A DNA stretch of 64,000 nucleotides, from positions 356 through 64,355 of the forward strand of contig CAWJVG010000015.1 in assembly GCA_963846195.1 (NCBI GenBank). The letters run 5' to 3'. The notes below the pieces were generated by a model, which saw only the letters and a program-made list of their open reading frames with translations, was not told the origin of the DNA and searched no databases. Shown here piece by piece: positions 19,342 through 30,517 of the stretch. Position 1 is the first letter of the stretch, and the number at the start of each line of letters is the position of its first letter. Source of the stretch: an uncultured Verrucomicrobiae bacterium. GTDB taxonomy: Bacteria; Verrucomicrobiota; Verrucomicrobiia; Chthoniobacterales; JAFAMB01. A program made the translations under genes and the position numbers.

Positions 19342-20643
19342 TTAGATCCTGGTTCCAGAAGGAATGACGGCGCCTTTCGGGACCAGAACCACCCCGTCTC
19401 GAATGAAATAATTGTCGCCGTCTACATTCTCAGACTTGCCTTCCGGCGAAATCACCACGTCGTCCCCGATGTGGGCGTTTTTGTCGATAATAGCCCCCTC
19501 GATGACGCAACGCGCTCCAATCCCCACCGGCGGCCGGCCAGCCAAGGGCTGGGGATCTTCATCCTGGTAAAAATCCGCTCCCATCAGAACTGAATTGCGG
19601 ATCGAAGAGCCGGTCTCGATCACGCTCCGAATGCCAATCACTGCCCGGTCGATATTCGCATGGGTGATGATGCAACCTTCGGCGATGATGGCCCTATTCA
19701 CCTGTGCCCCATTAATCTTGCTGGCGGGAAGAAATCGCGCATGCGTGTAAATGGGGTTGAGGTGATCAAAAAAGTTGTACGGGGGGATCGTCTCGGTCAG
19801 AGCGAGGTTAGCGTCAAAGAACGCTTTGACCGTTCCAATGTCCTCCCAGTAACCTTGAAAAATATAGGCGAAGACTTTGTATTTATTGAGAGAGGACGGG
19901 ATGATGTGTTTGCCGAAATCGTCAAAACTGTTGTCCAAAGCGTCGATCAGAATCTGACGATTGAAGACGTAAATACCCATCGAGCCCTGATAAAGCTCTG
20001 AGTCCGTCGGTCGGCCCAGATCCTTTAAGAGGTCTGGTGGAATACACAGTTCCTCGAGAAGCTTGGGATCCTTGGGCTTCTCTTCGAAGCGATAAATTCG
20101 CCGGTTCGCGTCGCTATGCATGATGCCGAAACCGGAAGCTGCTCCGCGATCGACGGGCGTGGTGCCCAGCGTAACATCGGCGCCGTTTTGCAGGTGCGCC
20201 TGCAGCAGGTCGCCGTAGTCCATGCGGTAGAGTTGGTCGCCGCTCAAGATGAGGTAGTACTCGTAGGGCCGCTCGAGAAAGTAGCGGAGGTTCTGGCGTA
20301 CCGCGTCCGCCGTCCCCTGGTACCACCGAGCACCTTCGGGAGTTTGTTGGGCGGCCAAAATTTCCACGAAACTCTTGGTAAAGTTGTCGAATTTGTAGCT
20401 GGCGGTGATGTGCCGGTGCAACGATTCGCTGTTGAACTGAGTGAGCACATAGACCTGACGGAAGCCGCTATTGAGACAATTGCTGATCGGGATGTCCACC
20501 AGACGATATTTGCCGCCCAGCGGCACTGCCGGTTTGGCACGTTCTTTGGTCAAGGGAAACAGCCGGGTGCCGGCGCCTCCGCCCATAATGATTGCGAGCG
20601 TTTTATCCGTTGGGATTTTGAGGTTCATAGCTTGAGCTTGCAT
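19342..20643 (-). CDS. glgC: glucose-1-phosphate adenylyltransferase
   Basis: LAIIMGGGAGTRLFPLTKERAKPAVPLGGKYRLVDIP, followed by a left-handed beta-helix C-terminus. Confidence 0.95.
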   Translation of the reverse strand: MQAQAMNLKIPTDKTLAIIMGGGAGTRLFPLTKERAKPAVPLGGKYRLVDIPISNCLNSGFRQVYVLTQFNSESLHRHITASYKFDNFTKSFVEILAAQQTPEGARWYQGTADAVRQNLRYFLERPYEYYLILSGDQLYRMDYGDLLQAHLQNGADVTLGTTPVDRGAASGFGIMHSDANRRIYRFEEKPKDPKLLEELCIPPDLLKDLGRPTDSELYQGSMGIYVFNRQILIDALDNSFDDFGKHIIPSSLNKYKVFAYIFQGYWEDIGTVKAFFDANLALTETIPPYNFFDHLNPIYTHARFLPASKINGAQVNRAIIAEGCIITHANIDRAVIGIRSVIETGSSIRNSVLMGADFYQDEDPQPLAGRPPVGIGARCVIEGAIIDKNAHIGDDVVISPEGKSENVDGDNYFIRDGVVLVPKGAVIPSGTRI

Positions 20644-20893
20644 AAAGTTGGTATCCTGATAATCGAGACACTCCTTTTTTGGTGCCCGATCGCGGTGGTC
20701 TGCGCTGCTCTAGTGACGGTTATCGGACTGGGTTGGGGGGTCTTGCGGCGAGCATCAATCCCTTTAGCTTATCAAAGCCAATTCTGCATAGCTAGTCAGG
20801 CATAAAATGCGAAAAGTGAGTCCAGATCGGCCAAACCAGCGCCGGCGCGATTACGATCCACGCCGATTACGCTCTGCCTCCGATACGTTTCCC

Positions 20894-21886
20894 CTATCCA
20901 GTTTGACCGCGCGTGCGCAACTTGTCGAGCATCACGGCCAGGATGATCACCGCGCCCTTGATGACCAATTGCCAGTAAAAGGAGACGTTCATCAATGTTA
21001 GTCCGTTATTGAGGACGGCAATGATCAGAGCTCCGATCAACGTACCAAAGACAGTTCCGATTCCGCCGACGAAACTTGTGCCGCCCAGGATCACCGCTGC
21101 AATCGCGTCCAGCTCGTAGCCGATGCCCAATTGGCCCTGGGCGCTGTAAAGACGGCTGGCGCTCATGACTCCGCCCAGTCCCGACAGAAGCCCGCTTACG
21201 CCGTAGGCGAAGATCAGGATAAACGGCACCGGAATACCCGTCAATCGGGCCGCCTGCGCATTGCCGCCGACCGCGTAGATGTGAACTCCCAGAATCGTTC
21301 GGTGAAGGATGAACGCGCTTACCGCAATGGTTAAAAGAGCGATCACGACCAGCCAGGGAATCGGTCCCAGATAGCCGTTGCCGATCCAGGCAAAGTCGAT
21401 CTTGCTGTTAATGACGGTAGTCCCTCCCGCTGCGAGATACGCAGCCCCGCGGATCGCCGTGTAGGTTCCAAGCGTGACGATAAACGGAGGAAGTCCAATG
21501 TAGGCGACGGTCGCACCTGTCAGCACCCCAACCAGCAAACCGGCAAATAGAGCCGCTGGAACCGCCAAGCCACTTAAGCCGGGAGTGAGTGAAACGACCA
21601 CCGCTATCACCGCAGTGAACCCAAGCACCGACCCGACCGCCAGATCGATCCCTCCCGTCAAAATGACAAATGTCATCCCCGCAGCCAGCACGATATTAAT
21701 GGACGCCTGGCGGATAACGTTGACGATATTGTTCTCGTGGAGAAAATTCGGGGTCAGAACGGAAAAGAGAACACAGATCACGAAGAGAACCGGAAGCATA
21801 CCTGCCAACTCGATCGTCGTTCGCATGAACTCTTTCCGTTTCGCCGCAGCCAGGGCGGATGTCTCTATCGTAGCTTCAGTGGCCAT
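20894..21886 (-). CDS. sugar ABC transporter permease (RbsC-like)
   Basis: Multi-TM AraH/RbsC pattern ([25 protein letters not shown]). I chose the MATEATIE start, which is uncertain. Confidence 0.85.
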   Translation of the reverse strand: MATEATIETSALAAAKRKEFMRTTIELAGMLPVLFVICVLFSVLTPNFLHENNIVNVIRQASINIVLAAGMTFVILTGGIDLAVGSVLGFTAVIAVVVSLTPGLSGLAVPAALFAGLLVGVLTGATVAYIGLPPFIVTLGTYTAIRGAAYLAAGGTTVINSKIDFAWIGNGYLGPIPWLVVIALLTIAVSAFILHRTILGVHIYAVGGNAQAARLTGIPVPFILIFAYGVSGLLSGLGGVMSASRLYSAQGQLGIGYELDAIAAVILGGTSFVGGIGTVFGTLIGALIIAVLNNGLTLMNVSFYWQLVIKGAVIILAVMLDKLRTRGQTG

Positions 21887-23432
21887 TGGTTGATGCACTC
21901 CGTATGACATCGGTCGCAAATTTCATAATGTTCTGTTGAGTGATTTCGATCCCGGTCTCTCCTCCCACCTCGCCGGTGATTTCTCCCTCCCTCATGACTA
22001 ACACGCGGTCGCAAACGCCAACGATTTCCGGCAGTTCGCTGGAGATAAAAAGAACCGCCATCCCTTTTTCCAGGAGTTGTTGGATTAAGACGTAAATCTC
22101 AGCTTTCGCGCCGACATCGACTCCTCGCGTCGGTTCGTCCAGAATGAGGACCCGCGGATTAATCTCGAGCCAGCGCGCCAATAAGAGCTTCTGCTGGTTA
22201 CCGCCGGAGAGCCCTCCGGCTCGCTGCTTGAGCGATGCTGTCCGCACCCGCATGGCCTTCACTTCTGCATTTGCGCGGTCGGTCAACCTCTTGAAATTGA
22301 GAATGCCGCCCGTCGCACACCGCCCAAGGATATTCATCGTGATGTTTTCTCCCGAAGTCATCTGCAGGAAAACACCTTGCAGCTTTCGGTCTTCGGGCAC
22401 GTAGCCGATCCCGGCCCGGATCGCATCTTTTGGCTGGTCAATCTGGAGCTTTTTTCCGTCCAGGTAGACCTCGCCCGATTTGCGTTTGTCGGCTCCGAAG
22501 ATCAGCCGTGCAAGTTCAGTTCTTCCTGCCCCGACCAACCCCGCCAAACCGAGTACTTCGCCCTGCCGGAGCTGGAAATTGGCTTTTTTTACCCGATCGC
22601 CGTCGGACATATTTTTAACGTCAAGAACGACGCTGCCGGCCGAATGCTTGTTGTGCTCGTAGAAATCCTCCAACCGGCGCCCCACCATCATCTCAATCAC
22701 TTTGTCGGCAGAGAACTCCAGACGCTTCAGTTCACCGACATATTCTCCATCGCGCAGGACGGAGAGCCTGTCGGCCAACTCGTAAACTTCGGCCATGCGA
22801 TGGCTGATGTAGATGATCGCCATCCCTTCTGAACGAAGCTGGCGGACAACCGCGAACAACCGATCCGTTTCACGATCCGAGAGAGCCGCTGTCGGTTCAT
22901 CCATTACAAGGATCCGGCTCTTGTAAAACAGGGCGCGCGCAATCTCGACCTGTTGTTGCTCAGCCACCGCAAGATGAGCGGCGCGCTGGGTGGCTTTGAA
23001 TCTTGCCCCAAGCCGATCCAGCACTTCCTGGGTCTTTCGATCCATTTGGGCGGTGTCTTTCATGAACCCAAATCGTTTCAATTCTGAGCCCAGAAAGACG
23101 TTGCCGCTGACTGTCAGGTTCGGCGCGACAGTCAGTTCCTGGTAGATTATGCCGATGCCCGCCATGCGCGCTTCGTGCGGGGTTCGCAGTTGGACGGGTT
23201 TGCTGTCCAACAGAATTTCTCCCGAGTCCGGGCGATAGGCCCCCGCCAGGATCTTCATGAGCGTGCTCTTGCCAGCGCCGTTCTCGCCCATGAGGGCGTG
23301 CACTTCACCGGGCCAGATGCCCAGATTCACGCTCTTCAGAACGCGTACGCCAGGAAAGCTCTTGCATATCTGGCGTACTTCCAGGATCGGGCGATCGCTC
23401 TTACTTGGTCCAGCCTTTGTACTGGTCGACAT
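21876..23432 (-). CDS. sugar ABC transporter ATP-binding protein (two NBDs, RbsA-like)
   Basis: Walker [10 protein letters not shown], signature LSGGNQQK, and duplicated NBDs in 518 aa. Confidence 0.9.
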   Translation of the reverse strand: MSTSTKAGPSKSDRPILEVRQICKSFPGVRVLKSVNLGIWPGEVHALMGENGAGKSTLMKILAGAYRPDSGEILLDSKPVQLRTPHEARMAGIGIIYQELTVAPNLTVSGNVFLGSELKRFGFMKDTAQMDRKTQEVLDRLGARFKATQRAAHLAVAEQQQVEIARALFYKSRILVMDEPTAALSDRETDRLFAVVRQLRSEGMAIIYISHRMAEVYELADRLSVLRDGEYVGELKRLEFSADKVIEMMVGRRLEDFYEHNKHSAGSVVLDVKNMSDGDRVKKANFQLRQGEVLGLAGLVGAGRTELARLIFGADKRKSGEVYLDGKKLQIDQPKDAIRAGIGYVPEDRKLQGVFLQMTSGENITMNILGRCATGGILNFKRLTDRANAEVKAMRVRTASLKQRAGGLSGGNQQKLLLARWLEINPRVLILDEPTRGVDVGAKAEIYVLIQQLLEKGMAVLFISSELPEIVGVCDRVLVMREGEITGEVGGETGIEITQQNIMKFATDVIRSASTNGH

Positions 23433-24357
23433 TGTCTTTGGTAATCAGGTCGACAGGGATCAGAGTGAGTTCCTGCGCCGGTTTCTTGCCATTGACGATA
23501 TCGTAACCAATTTCGACCGCCTTACCGGCCATCGTGTAGGGATCCTGCGCCGCGCTCGCCGCAATCAGACTTTCTTTATCTTTGAGCGAAGGCACCACGT
23601 CGGGTGCTCCGTCGACGCCTACAATAAAGAAGTCTTTTCTTTGCGCCTGCTTGGCCGCCAGATCGCACCCGATCGCCGTCGGATCATTAATCGCAAATAC
23701 GGCGTCGATTTTTGGAAAAGCGGTTAACAGGTCCGTCATCACCCGCAGACCACCGTCGCGGCTTCCGCCGGCATTCTGGTCCTGCGAAAGAATCTTGATG
23801 TCCGGGTATTTCTTAATTTCTTCAAGGAATCCGGCCACGCGATCGGTCACCGCAGTCACTGGAGGTCCATTGACAATAACGATTTGTCCCTTGCCTTTCA
23901 GCCGATCCGCCACAAATTTGCCGTCCAGTTGGCCCGCTTGCTTGTTGTTGGACGTCACTGTTGCGTCCACTCCGCCTTCCGCACCCACGTCGACCGCGAC
24001 CACCGTAGCGCCGGCCGCTTTTGCGCGCACCACAGCTGGAGCAATGCCTTTACTGTCCGCGGCGTTCAAAAGGATAAGATTGGCCCCGTTGGCCACAAAG
24101 TTATCCATCTGGTTGGTTTGATTGTTCACGTCGTAGTTGCTGGATTCGGACTGGAATTTGACGCTCGGATTGATCTTTTTCGCCGCAGCTTCGGCGCCGT
24201 GCGCGATCTGAACGAAAAATGGGTTGCCAAGGTCTCCGACGGTCACGGCGACAACGTTGAGTTTCTTCTGGGCAAAGAGAGGTGTGGCCAGGCTGATCGC
24301 CAGGAGCAATGTGCAGGCGGTTTGGATCCCGGACCGGGAAATGGTGGAGATTTTCAT
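23401..24357 (-). CDS. sugar ABC transporter periplasmic binding protein (RbsB-like)
   Basis: A signal peptide followed by a type I PBP pattern ([15 protein letters not shown]). Confidence 0.85.
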   Translation of the reverse strand: MKISTISRSGIQTACTLLLAISLATPLFAQKKLNVVAVTVGDLGNPFFVQIAHGAEAAAKKINPSVKFQSESSNYDVNNQTNQMDNFVANGANLILLNAADSKGIAPAVVRAKAAGATVVAVDVGAEGGVDATVTSNNKQAGQLDGKFVADRLKGKGQIVIVNGPPVTAVTDRVAGFLEEIKKYPDIKILSQDQNAGGSRDGGLRVMTDLLTAFPKIDAVFAINDPTAIGCDLAAKQAQRKDFFIVGVDGAPDVVPSLKDKESLIAASAAQDPYTMAGKAVEIGYDIVNGKKPAQELTLIPVDLITKDNVDQYKGWTK

Positions 24358-24614
24358 GTTCAGGGGGTTATCAGAATAATTGGGGAGAACCCAGGTTAAT
24401 CACGTGAGACCTATCATGCGGACACGCCGGCGGCAAGAAAGTCCCTCACTTTTTTCGCGGGCCCAAGAGGAAAATACGGGCTGGAAGCCTGCCCTGTTTT
24501 TGCGCCGTCGCGGCGGTGTAACATAGGCTTCCAGCATGCTTTTCAGAAGCATTCTGACGCTGCCACTCCAAATGAGACTGACAATGGGCGAGGTTCGTTG
24601 TACTAGTTAATGCC

Positions 24615-25070
24615 ATGTCGGACCTCGTCCCGAAAATCGGCTTGGCCATCGAAGGTTACAAGGCTCGGCAACAGGATATTATTGGGTTGGGTCACAGAGC
24701 GTACAAGGACCTTTTCTCAGCAGCGAATGCCTCGATGCTGACGGCAGTCGTCCGGAGATTGATCGTTCAGTCCTATTCGGAAATGGTCACCGTCAATCCT
24801 TCAAGGACTTCCTTGCTGGCGGCTGTTTCGCAGCAGCATGGTGAGATTATGGCTGGGTGCCGCGTGCTGACAGAGGACGATGGAATTCTGAGCGCGTTAA
24901 TCGACGCGGCAAATGCTGCGACAACGGAGGCGTTCCATATGATCTACGGAGAAAGGCGCGAGATTGCCGTTCCAGCGGATGCTGGCAAACCTCGAAAAAG
25001 GAACGCCACCGCTTCGGAACAATCTCCCGCGAAAAAAACAAGGCGCTCGGTCAAAAAGCCGCTGCCGTAG
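24615..25070 (+). CDS. hypothetical protein with a basic Lys/Arg-rich C-terminal tail
   Basis: A 151 aa ORF with no competing better frame. The tail is GKPRKRNATASEQSPAKKTRRSVKKPLP. I recognise no family. Confidence 0.45.
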   Translation: MSDLVPKIGLAIEGYKARQQDIIGLGHRAYKDLFSAANASMLTAVVRRLIVQSYSEMVTVNPSRTSLLAAVSQQHGEIMAGCRVLTEDDGILSALIDAANAATTEAFHMIYGERREIAVPADAGKPRKRNATASEQSPAKKTRRSVKKPLP

Positions 25071-25165
25071 CGAACCGTCCCGGTTTGCCCTCGGATCCAA
25101 GAGCAAAGCGAGGTGCTCCACCTACACCCGTGCCGATCCGCCGATCCCGCCGATACGTGCTTCCG

Positions 25166-25579
25166 CTACCACCAGATGTTCCAAGGTCCCCAGTATGGGC
25201 CAAAATCGTTGTACATTGAGGCCTCCTCATTGATCTGGGCCGCTTCTATCTGGTCCTGTGCGATCGACTGCTGCAGCGCTAACTGCTTATACTTCTGGTA
25301 TTCGTTCTCTCCGCCGAGATACACGGCGTTGTTTTGTTTATCTGCGTAAGCGTATAACACTTTGCCGTTCCGGATCCGCCGTTCGAGCTTGTATGGCGTC
25401 ATGCGGTTGAACATCGCTTGCTGATTTGCGGTCGAGGGAGTGCGAGTTCGGAATCCGGCGGCGCTGAGCAGCGATTCCTTATTCTGCGCATCCCAGCTTG
25501 CACATCCGGCGAAACTTGCCAGCGCAAGAAGAATGATCGCCACCATCGGGGGATTGAAGGAAGAGTTGTTTCTGTTCAT
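25166..25579 (-). CDS. lipoprotein, function unknown
   Basis: Signal plus lipobox MVAIILLALASFAGC. The C-terminus is Trp-rich (GPYWGPWNIWW). Confidence 0.5.
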   Translation of the reverse strand: MNRNNSSFNPPMVAIILLALASFAGCASWDAQNKESLLSAAGFRTRTPSTANQQAMFNRMTPYKLERRIRNGKVLYAYADKQNNAVYLGGENEYQKYKQLALQQSIAQDQIEAAQINEEASMYNDFGPYWGPWNIWW

Positions 25580-25707
25580 TGAGGTATCCGTTCGTTGACC
25601 AAATTCGACCGCGAAAGTCAAGTTCAGGAATTCAGGATCACGAACGTCATCCAAGTCAAGATTTCCTCGTAAAATTCTTTTCGCCCAAGGTGGATGCCTT
25701 CCCCATT

Positions 25708-25768
25708 CTGCAACTCCTGCAACTCCTGCAACTCCTGACTCCTGAGTTCTAACTTCTAAGTTCTTGCC
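25708..25768. repeat. Solo arm of the CTCCTGA-word repeat (ctgcaactcc x3, tgactcctgagttcta)
   Basis: Same words as the right terminal repeat of the MITE-like element. It lies in a divergent intergenic region. Confidence 0.7.
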
Positions 25769-25788
25769 TTCTTGACTTGTCGGCTAGG

Positions 25789-26274
25789 ATGAAATCCGTG
25801 ACATCCAGATTCACAGTGTCTATGCCTCATCTGTTTACGAAAACGTTCTCAATACCCGGAGAAGCGATTGATGAGCTGGGGCACGTCAGTAACCTGAAGT
25901 ATATCGCATGGATGCAAGAGATCGCGATTGAACACTCCGCTGCTCAGGGTTGGCCGGTGCAACGGTATCTTCAAGGCGAAGCGGTTTGGGTCGTGCGCTC
26001 TCACTTCATCACCTACATTCGACCGGCGTTCGAAGGGGAAACGATCACGCTCCAGACCTGGGTCGCCGAAATCAAACAACGTAGCTCTGTGCGCAAGTAC
26101 CTTGTGATGCGAACGAATGATCAAAGCGTTCTGGTCGAGGCCGAAACCAACTGGGTCTACGTCGATCGGGAAAGCGGACGGCCACTCCGAATCCCGGAGG
26201 CTTTGCGAGCCGCTTTCGACCTGAACCTCAAAAGCGATCGCGCGAATCAGACCCGTGGCGGCGAGAGCTCCTGA
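25789..26274 (+). CDS. acyl-CoA thioesterase (4HBT/YbgC-like hotdog fold)
   Basis: IDELGHVSNLKYIAWMQE is the catalytic region pattern of hotdog thioesterases. Confidence 0.7.
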   Translation: MKSVTSRFTVSMPHLFTKTFSIPGEAIDELGHVSNLKYIAWMQEIAIEHSAAQGWPVQRYLQGEAVWVVRSHFITYIRPAFEGETITLQTWVAEIKQRSSVRKYLVMRTNDQSVLVEAETNWVYVDRESGRPLRIPEALRAAFDLNLKSDRANQTRGGESS

Positions 26275-26310
26275 GCAAATCGGGACTAACATTCTTTGTG
26301 TACAGGCTGC

Positions 26311-28095
26311 TCAGAAATTGCGGGGCAGTGGGGGCGCAACAAAAGCTGAGTGCGGTTCGAGGAAGAGATCGGGGACAAAAACGAGATGCTCGGACGAGGG
26401 GCTGAAGGCGGCGACATCCAGGACCTGGTCGTGGAAATTGCGCAGTGTGCTTCTGTGGCCGACGCTGACGATGGTGGGCTGCCATGGAGCGGTACGCAGC
26501 AGGCTGTAGAGCCTGGCCTCGGAGGCCTCGTCGAGAGCCGAGGTGGCCTCGTCCAGAAACAGGAGTGCCGGCTTTACTAACAGAATGCGAGCAAAGGCCA
26601 GCCGTTGCTGTTCACCGAGTGAGAGGCGCTGAGACCAGTTCTGGACGTCGTCCAGTTCGGCTGTCAGCCAGCCGAGGCCAACCTTCTCGAGGACGGCCTC
26701 TAGCCTTGAGGTCGGGAACATCCCTTGTTCGGTGCACGGATAACGCAGCGCAGTGGCCAGGTTGCCCAAGGGTAGATAAGGCCGTTGGGGCACAAAGAGA
26801 ATGGGGCCTTTGCCAAGCCTGATTTGGCCTCTTCCGTAGGGCCAGATTCCGGCAATGGCACGCAACAAAGTGCTCTTGCCCGCACCGCTGGGACCGGCAA
26901 TCAGCAGCGCCTCGCCGCGCACAGGAGCAAAGCTAACGGCCCGCAAAAGAGGGGCGCCCTCGGGCGTATCAATGTCGAGCTCTTTAAGTTCAAGGCCGAC
27001 ACCTGCGCGTTGAAGCACGATCTGCCGGGGCGCTCCCATTCCCTGGCGGACCGCCTCCAGACGCTCCTCAAAGCCGCGTAGCCGTTCGGTCACCGCTTGC
27101 CATGCGGCAATGTCGGCGTAGGAATTGATGATGAAGGAGAGGGCGTTCTGGACAAAGGAAAATGCATTGACGGCCTGCATCAGGCCGCCCAGCCCGATCT
27201 GCTTGAGAAAGTAACGCGGCGAAATCACGACCACCGGAAAGATCACCGCCACCTGTGCGTAGCCCAGGGTAAACCAGGTCAGCCGTTTCTGGCGCTTCAT
27301 GATCTGGCAGAAATTTTCAAATACGCTGCCAAAGCGCTCTTTGAAAAGCTTGAACTCGACCGCTTCGCCTCCGTAGAGGGCGACACTCTCGGCGTTTTCT
27401 CTCAAGCGCACCAGACTGAAGCGGAAATCGGCCTCAAAACGCTGATGCGCATAATTTAACGGCACCAGCGGTCGACCGATTTTAACCGTTAGCCAGGTTC
27501 CGATGCCCGCGTAGAGTAACGCCGCCCAGACCAGATAGGCGGGGATATGCACGGTGGTCCATGGGCCAAGGGCAATATCGGCCGGTCCGGACAATCCCCA
27601 CAGGATAATCAGAAACGAAATCAAGGAAACCACCGAGCTGATCAGGCCTACTGAAAGGCTTAGCACATAGGTGGTGAATTGGTTCAAATCCTCTGCGATG
27701 CGCTGGTCGGGATTGTCGGTCCTGCCTCCCAACTCCAATTGATAATAAGCCCGCTCAGCCAACCAGGCGTCTAGATATCGGCTCGTCAACCAGCGCCGCC
27801 ACCGGATCTGGAGCATCTGACTGAGGTAAAGGCTATAGACCGACATCGAAATAGCAAAAAAGACCAGAATGCCGAAATTGCCAAGCTGGTGGAATAACCC
27901 CTCCCGATCGAAGGCCTGCAGCGCATTATAGAACGACCGGTTCCATTCGTTGATCCGTACACTGACGAAGACATTGCCCAGATTGAGCCCTATCACTCCG
28001 ACCAGCAGTGCCCACGCAGACCACTTTTCTTCCGATGTCCAATAACATTTGGCGAGACGCCACCCAGTGCGTGTGATGTTTCGCCTTACGAGCAT
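26311..28095 (-). CDS. fused ABC transporter permease/ATPase (YddA / ABCD-like, SbmA-BacA type TMD)
   Basis: A 594 aa protein with an N-terminal TMD, Walker A GPSGAGKST, signature LSLGEQQR and Walker B LLFLDEATSALD. Confidence 0.85.
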   Translation of the reverse strand: MLVRRNITRTGWRLAKCYWTSEEKWSAWALLVGVIGLNLGNVFVSVRINEWNRSFYNALQAFDREGLFHQLGNFGILVFFAISMSVYSLYLSQMLQIRWRRWLTSRYLDAWLAERAYYQLELGGRTDNPDQRIAEDLNQFTTYVLSLSVGLISSVVSLISFLIILWGLSGPADIALGPWTTVHIPAYLVWAALLYAGIGTWLTVKIGRPLVPLNYAHQRFEADFRFSLVRLRENAESVALYGGEAVEFKLFKERFGSVFENFCQIMKRQKRLTWFTLGYAQVAVIFPVVVISPRYFLKQIGLGGLMQAVNAFSFVQNALSFIINSYADIAAWQAVTERLRGFEERLEAVRQGMGAPRQIVLQRAGVGLELKELDIDTPEGAPLLRAVSFAPVRGEALLIAGPSGAGKSTLLRAIAGIWPYGRGQIRLGKGPILFVPQRPYLPLGNLATALRYPCTEQGMFPTSRLEAVLEKVGLGWLTAELDDVQNWSQRLSLGEQQRLAFARILLVKPALLFLDEATSALDEASEARLYSLLRTAPWQPTIVSVGHRSTLRNFHDQVLDVAAFSPSSEHLVFVPDLFLEPHSAFVAPPLPRNF

Positions 28096-28384
28096 TCAGG
28101 CCATTTCGCGCGCTCGCTCGGGCGGGCTGTAGGATCGTCAAACTCTGGAAGCGTATACATCGTGCGGAGCAAAAACATCGAGCTCGCCGTGGACGTCAGC
28201 AGACCGTTCACACGATCGCGTTTAACGATGTCGCGCCAGTCTAGGAATGATTGTCTCGGTCATGTCTGTATCTTGTACCAGATCATTGCAGTGAATACAA
28301 GATATTGTGTAGAACTGTGAATCGTTCGCAGGGTGATTTTTATCCTTGCAGTCGCCGTTGCTAGATCTCGAAGGTAATTTGCAT

Positions 28385-29545
28385 ATGGCGCGAAAATTAA
28401 AAGCGGGCATGGTGGGAGGCGGTCGTGAGGCGTTCATCGGTGGAGTTCACCGAATGGCGATGCGGCTCGACGGAAAAATCGAACTTGTGGCAGGTGCGTT
28501 CTCATCGAATGCGGAGAAATCAAAGCTCTCCGGGGAAGATCTGCTCTTGGATCCAAATCGAGTCTATCCGGATTACAGGACGATGGTGGAACGGGAACTC
28601 ACTCTGCCGGTGGGCGAACGTATTGACTTCGTGTCGATTGTCACTCCCAACAGAACGCACGTGCCGATAGCCAAGGCATTTCTGCAAAGCGGGTTCAATG
28701 TCGTCTGTGACAAGCCGCTGGCTTTCAACCTGGCAGAAGCCCTGGAGCTTCAGCAAATCGTTGGAAAAACAGGGAAAATCTTCGCCCTGACGCATAACTA
28801 TACCGGCTACCCGATGGTCAAGGAAGCCCGCGAACTTGTTCGCAGAGGGGATTTGGGGAATCTCCTGAAGGTGGTGGTGGAGTACCCGCAAGGTTGGCTG
28901 ATCAATCCGATTGACGAGGAGGGTCAAAAACAGGCCGCCTGGCGGACCAATCCGGAACAAGCCGGCGCATCAAGCTGCGTCGGAGACATCGGAACGCACG
29001 CCGAAAATCTAGCCCGATACATCACCGGGCTTGAGATTGATGAGGTGTGCGCCGAATTCACGACATTCGTCAAAGGCCGACTTCTTGAAGACGACGCCAA
29101 TATGCTGGTCCGTTTCAAAGGGGGAGCGAAGGGTGTGTTATACGCGTCCCAGATTTCCGTTGGGGAGGAGAACAGTCTCAGTATCCGGGTCTACGGTACC
29201 AAGGCTTCACTCGAGTGGCATCAGGAGGATCCGAACGATTTGACCGTGAAATACGCCGAGGCGCCGCGGCGCATCTATCGGCGTGGAAACGCCTACCTAA
29301 GCGACGTTGCAAAACGTTTCACTCGGCTTCCCTCTGGTCATCCGGAAGCTTTCATTGAGGCGTTTGCGAACATCTATCTCGAAGCCGCGAGAGCGATCGA
29401 GGCGGAGGTCAACGGCAAGCCGATCCCCGCCGACTGTGATTTTCCCACCGTGAAGGATGGCGTGGAAGGGATGCTGTTCATCGCGACCGCCGTGCAGAGC
29501 GCTAAGGCCGGAGCCGTTTGGACGCGCATGGCGAAGGATCAATGA
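28385..29545 (+). CDS. Gfo/Idh/MocA-family oxidoreductase
   Basis: N-terminal Rossmann KAGMVGGG and a typical C-terminal alpha/beta domain. Confidence 0.8.
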   Translation: MARKLKAGMVGGGREAFIGGVHRMAMRLDGKIELVAGAFSSNAEKSKLSGEDLLLDPNRVYPDYRTMVERELTLPVGERIDFVSIVTPNRTHVPIAKAFLQSGFNVVCDKPLAFNLAEALELQQIVGKTGKIFALTHNYTGYPMVKEARELVRRGDLGNLLKVVVEYPQGWLINPIDEEGQKQAAWRTNPEQAGASSCVGDIGTHAENLARYITGLEIDEVCAEFTTFVKGRLLEDDANMLVRFKGGAKGVLYASQISVGEENSLSIRVYGTKASLEWHQEDPNDLTVKYAEAPRRIYRRGNAYLSDVAKRFTRLPSGHPEAFIEAFANIYLEAARAIEAEVNGKPIPADCDFPTVKDGVEGMLFIATAVQSAKAGAVWTRMAKDQ

Positions 29546-29661
29546 CGGACGATGTAGAATAGACCTGTTTATTGACTCGCCGAGCGATGCCATACTGGCG
29601 CGGGGCGTTGCTTGCTCTGGCGTTCATCTGAACGCGGTGTTAGCCTGCGAACTACCAACCT

Positions 29662-30255
29662 ATGAAAGCAGTGACCAATTATCCAGTCCACGATTTGATT
29701 GCCAGCCGGTGGAGCCCGTATAGCTTTGCCGACAGATCTGTGAGCGACGAAGAGCTGCGATCATTGTTCGAAGCGGCGCGCTGGGCAGCATCGTCGTTTA
29801 ATGAACAACCCTGGAGTTACATCGTTACGAAAAAAGACGACGCCGAGGAATTCGAGCGATTGCTTTCATGCCTGGTTGAAGTCAATCAGGTCTGGGCGAA
29901 ATCAGCCTCAGCGCTGGCTCTAGGCATATCGAGACTGAATTTTGCTCGCAATGACAAACCAAATCGTGCTGCCATTCATGACCTTGGACTCGCCGCGGGC
30001 AATCTGGTGCTGGAGGCGACCGCGCGCGGTCTTGCCGTCCACCAGATGGCCGGCATTGTACCGGAGAAGGCTCGCGAGCTTTATTCGATTCCCGAAGGGC
30101 ACGAGCCGCTGACCGCGCTTGCTATTGGCTACGCCGGCGATCCGGCTGATCTCCCCGAGGAGCTGCGAGTACGAGATGGTGCGCGGCGTCCGCGCAAACT
30201 GTTAAAAGAGTTCGTCTTTGGTGGCAAGTGGGGCGTTGCCTCGCCGCTGGTCTGA
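29662..30255 (+). CDS. nitroreductase-family protein
   Basis: RWSPYSF...EAARWAASSFNEQPW pattern in 197 aa. Confidence 0.8.
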   Translation: MKAVTNYPVHDLIASRWSPYSFADRSVSDEELRSLFEAARWAASSFNEQPWSYIVTKKDDAEEFERLLSCLVEVNQVWAKSASALALGISRLNFARNDKPNRAAIHDLGLAAGNLVLEATARGLAVHQMAGIVPEKARELYSIPEGHEPLTALAIGYAGDPADLPEELRVRDGARRPRKLLKEFVFGGKWGVASPLV

Positions 30256-30517
30256 GAGCGGGTGCAAATCAAATCGAAACGTTGAAACGCCGGACGGTGA
30301 CGCTAAGCTCGGGTCTGCTGTGGCAGCACGTGTTTCAAAAGCGGCTGAACTCTGCCTTGAGGCCAGGGTTCCGCCCGTCAGCTCGAATAGAATCTAGCCG
30401 GCGAAAAATCGGTTCCCCGATTTAGCTTCCATTCCGAGCGTTGATTTGGTATCAGGATCAATCGGTTTTCCGGTTCGACTCTATTTGAGAACTGGAGAAT
30501 CGAAATCCGATCCGTTT

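Noticed and set aside
18403-19593. 396 aa ORF on the plus strand
   Set aside because: It is entirely antisense to the well-supported pgm and glgC genes, has an Arg/Gly/Val-rich composition typical of GC-rich antisense frames, and shows no motifs.
20894-24357. Sugar ABC operon or the glycogen gene block as anything unusual
   Set aside because: Both have standard gene content and order with intact genes. I record them only as features.
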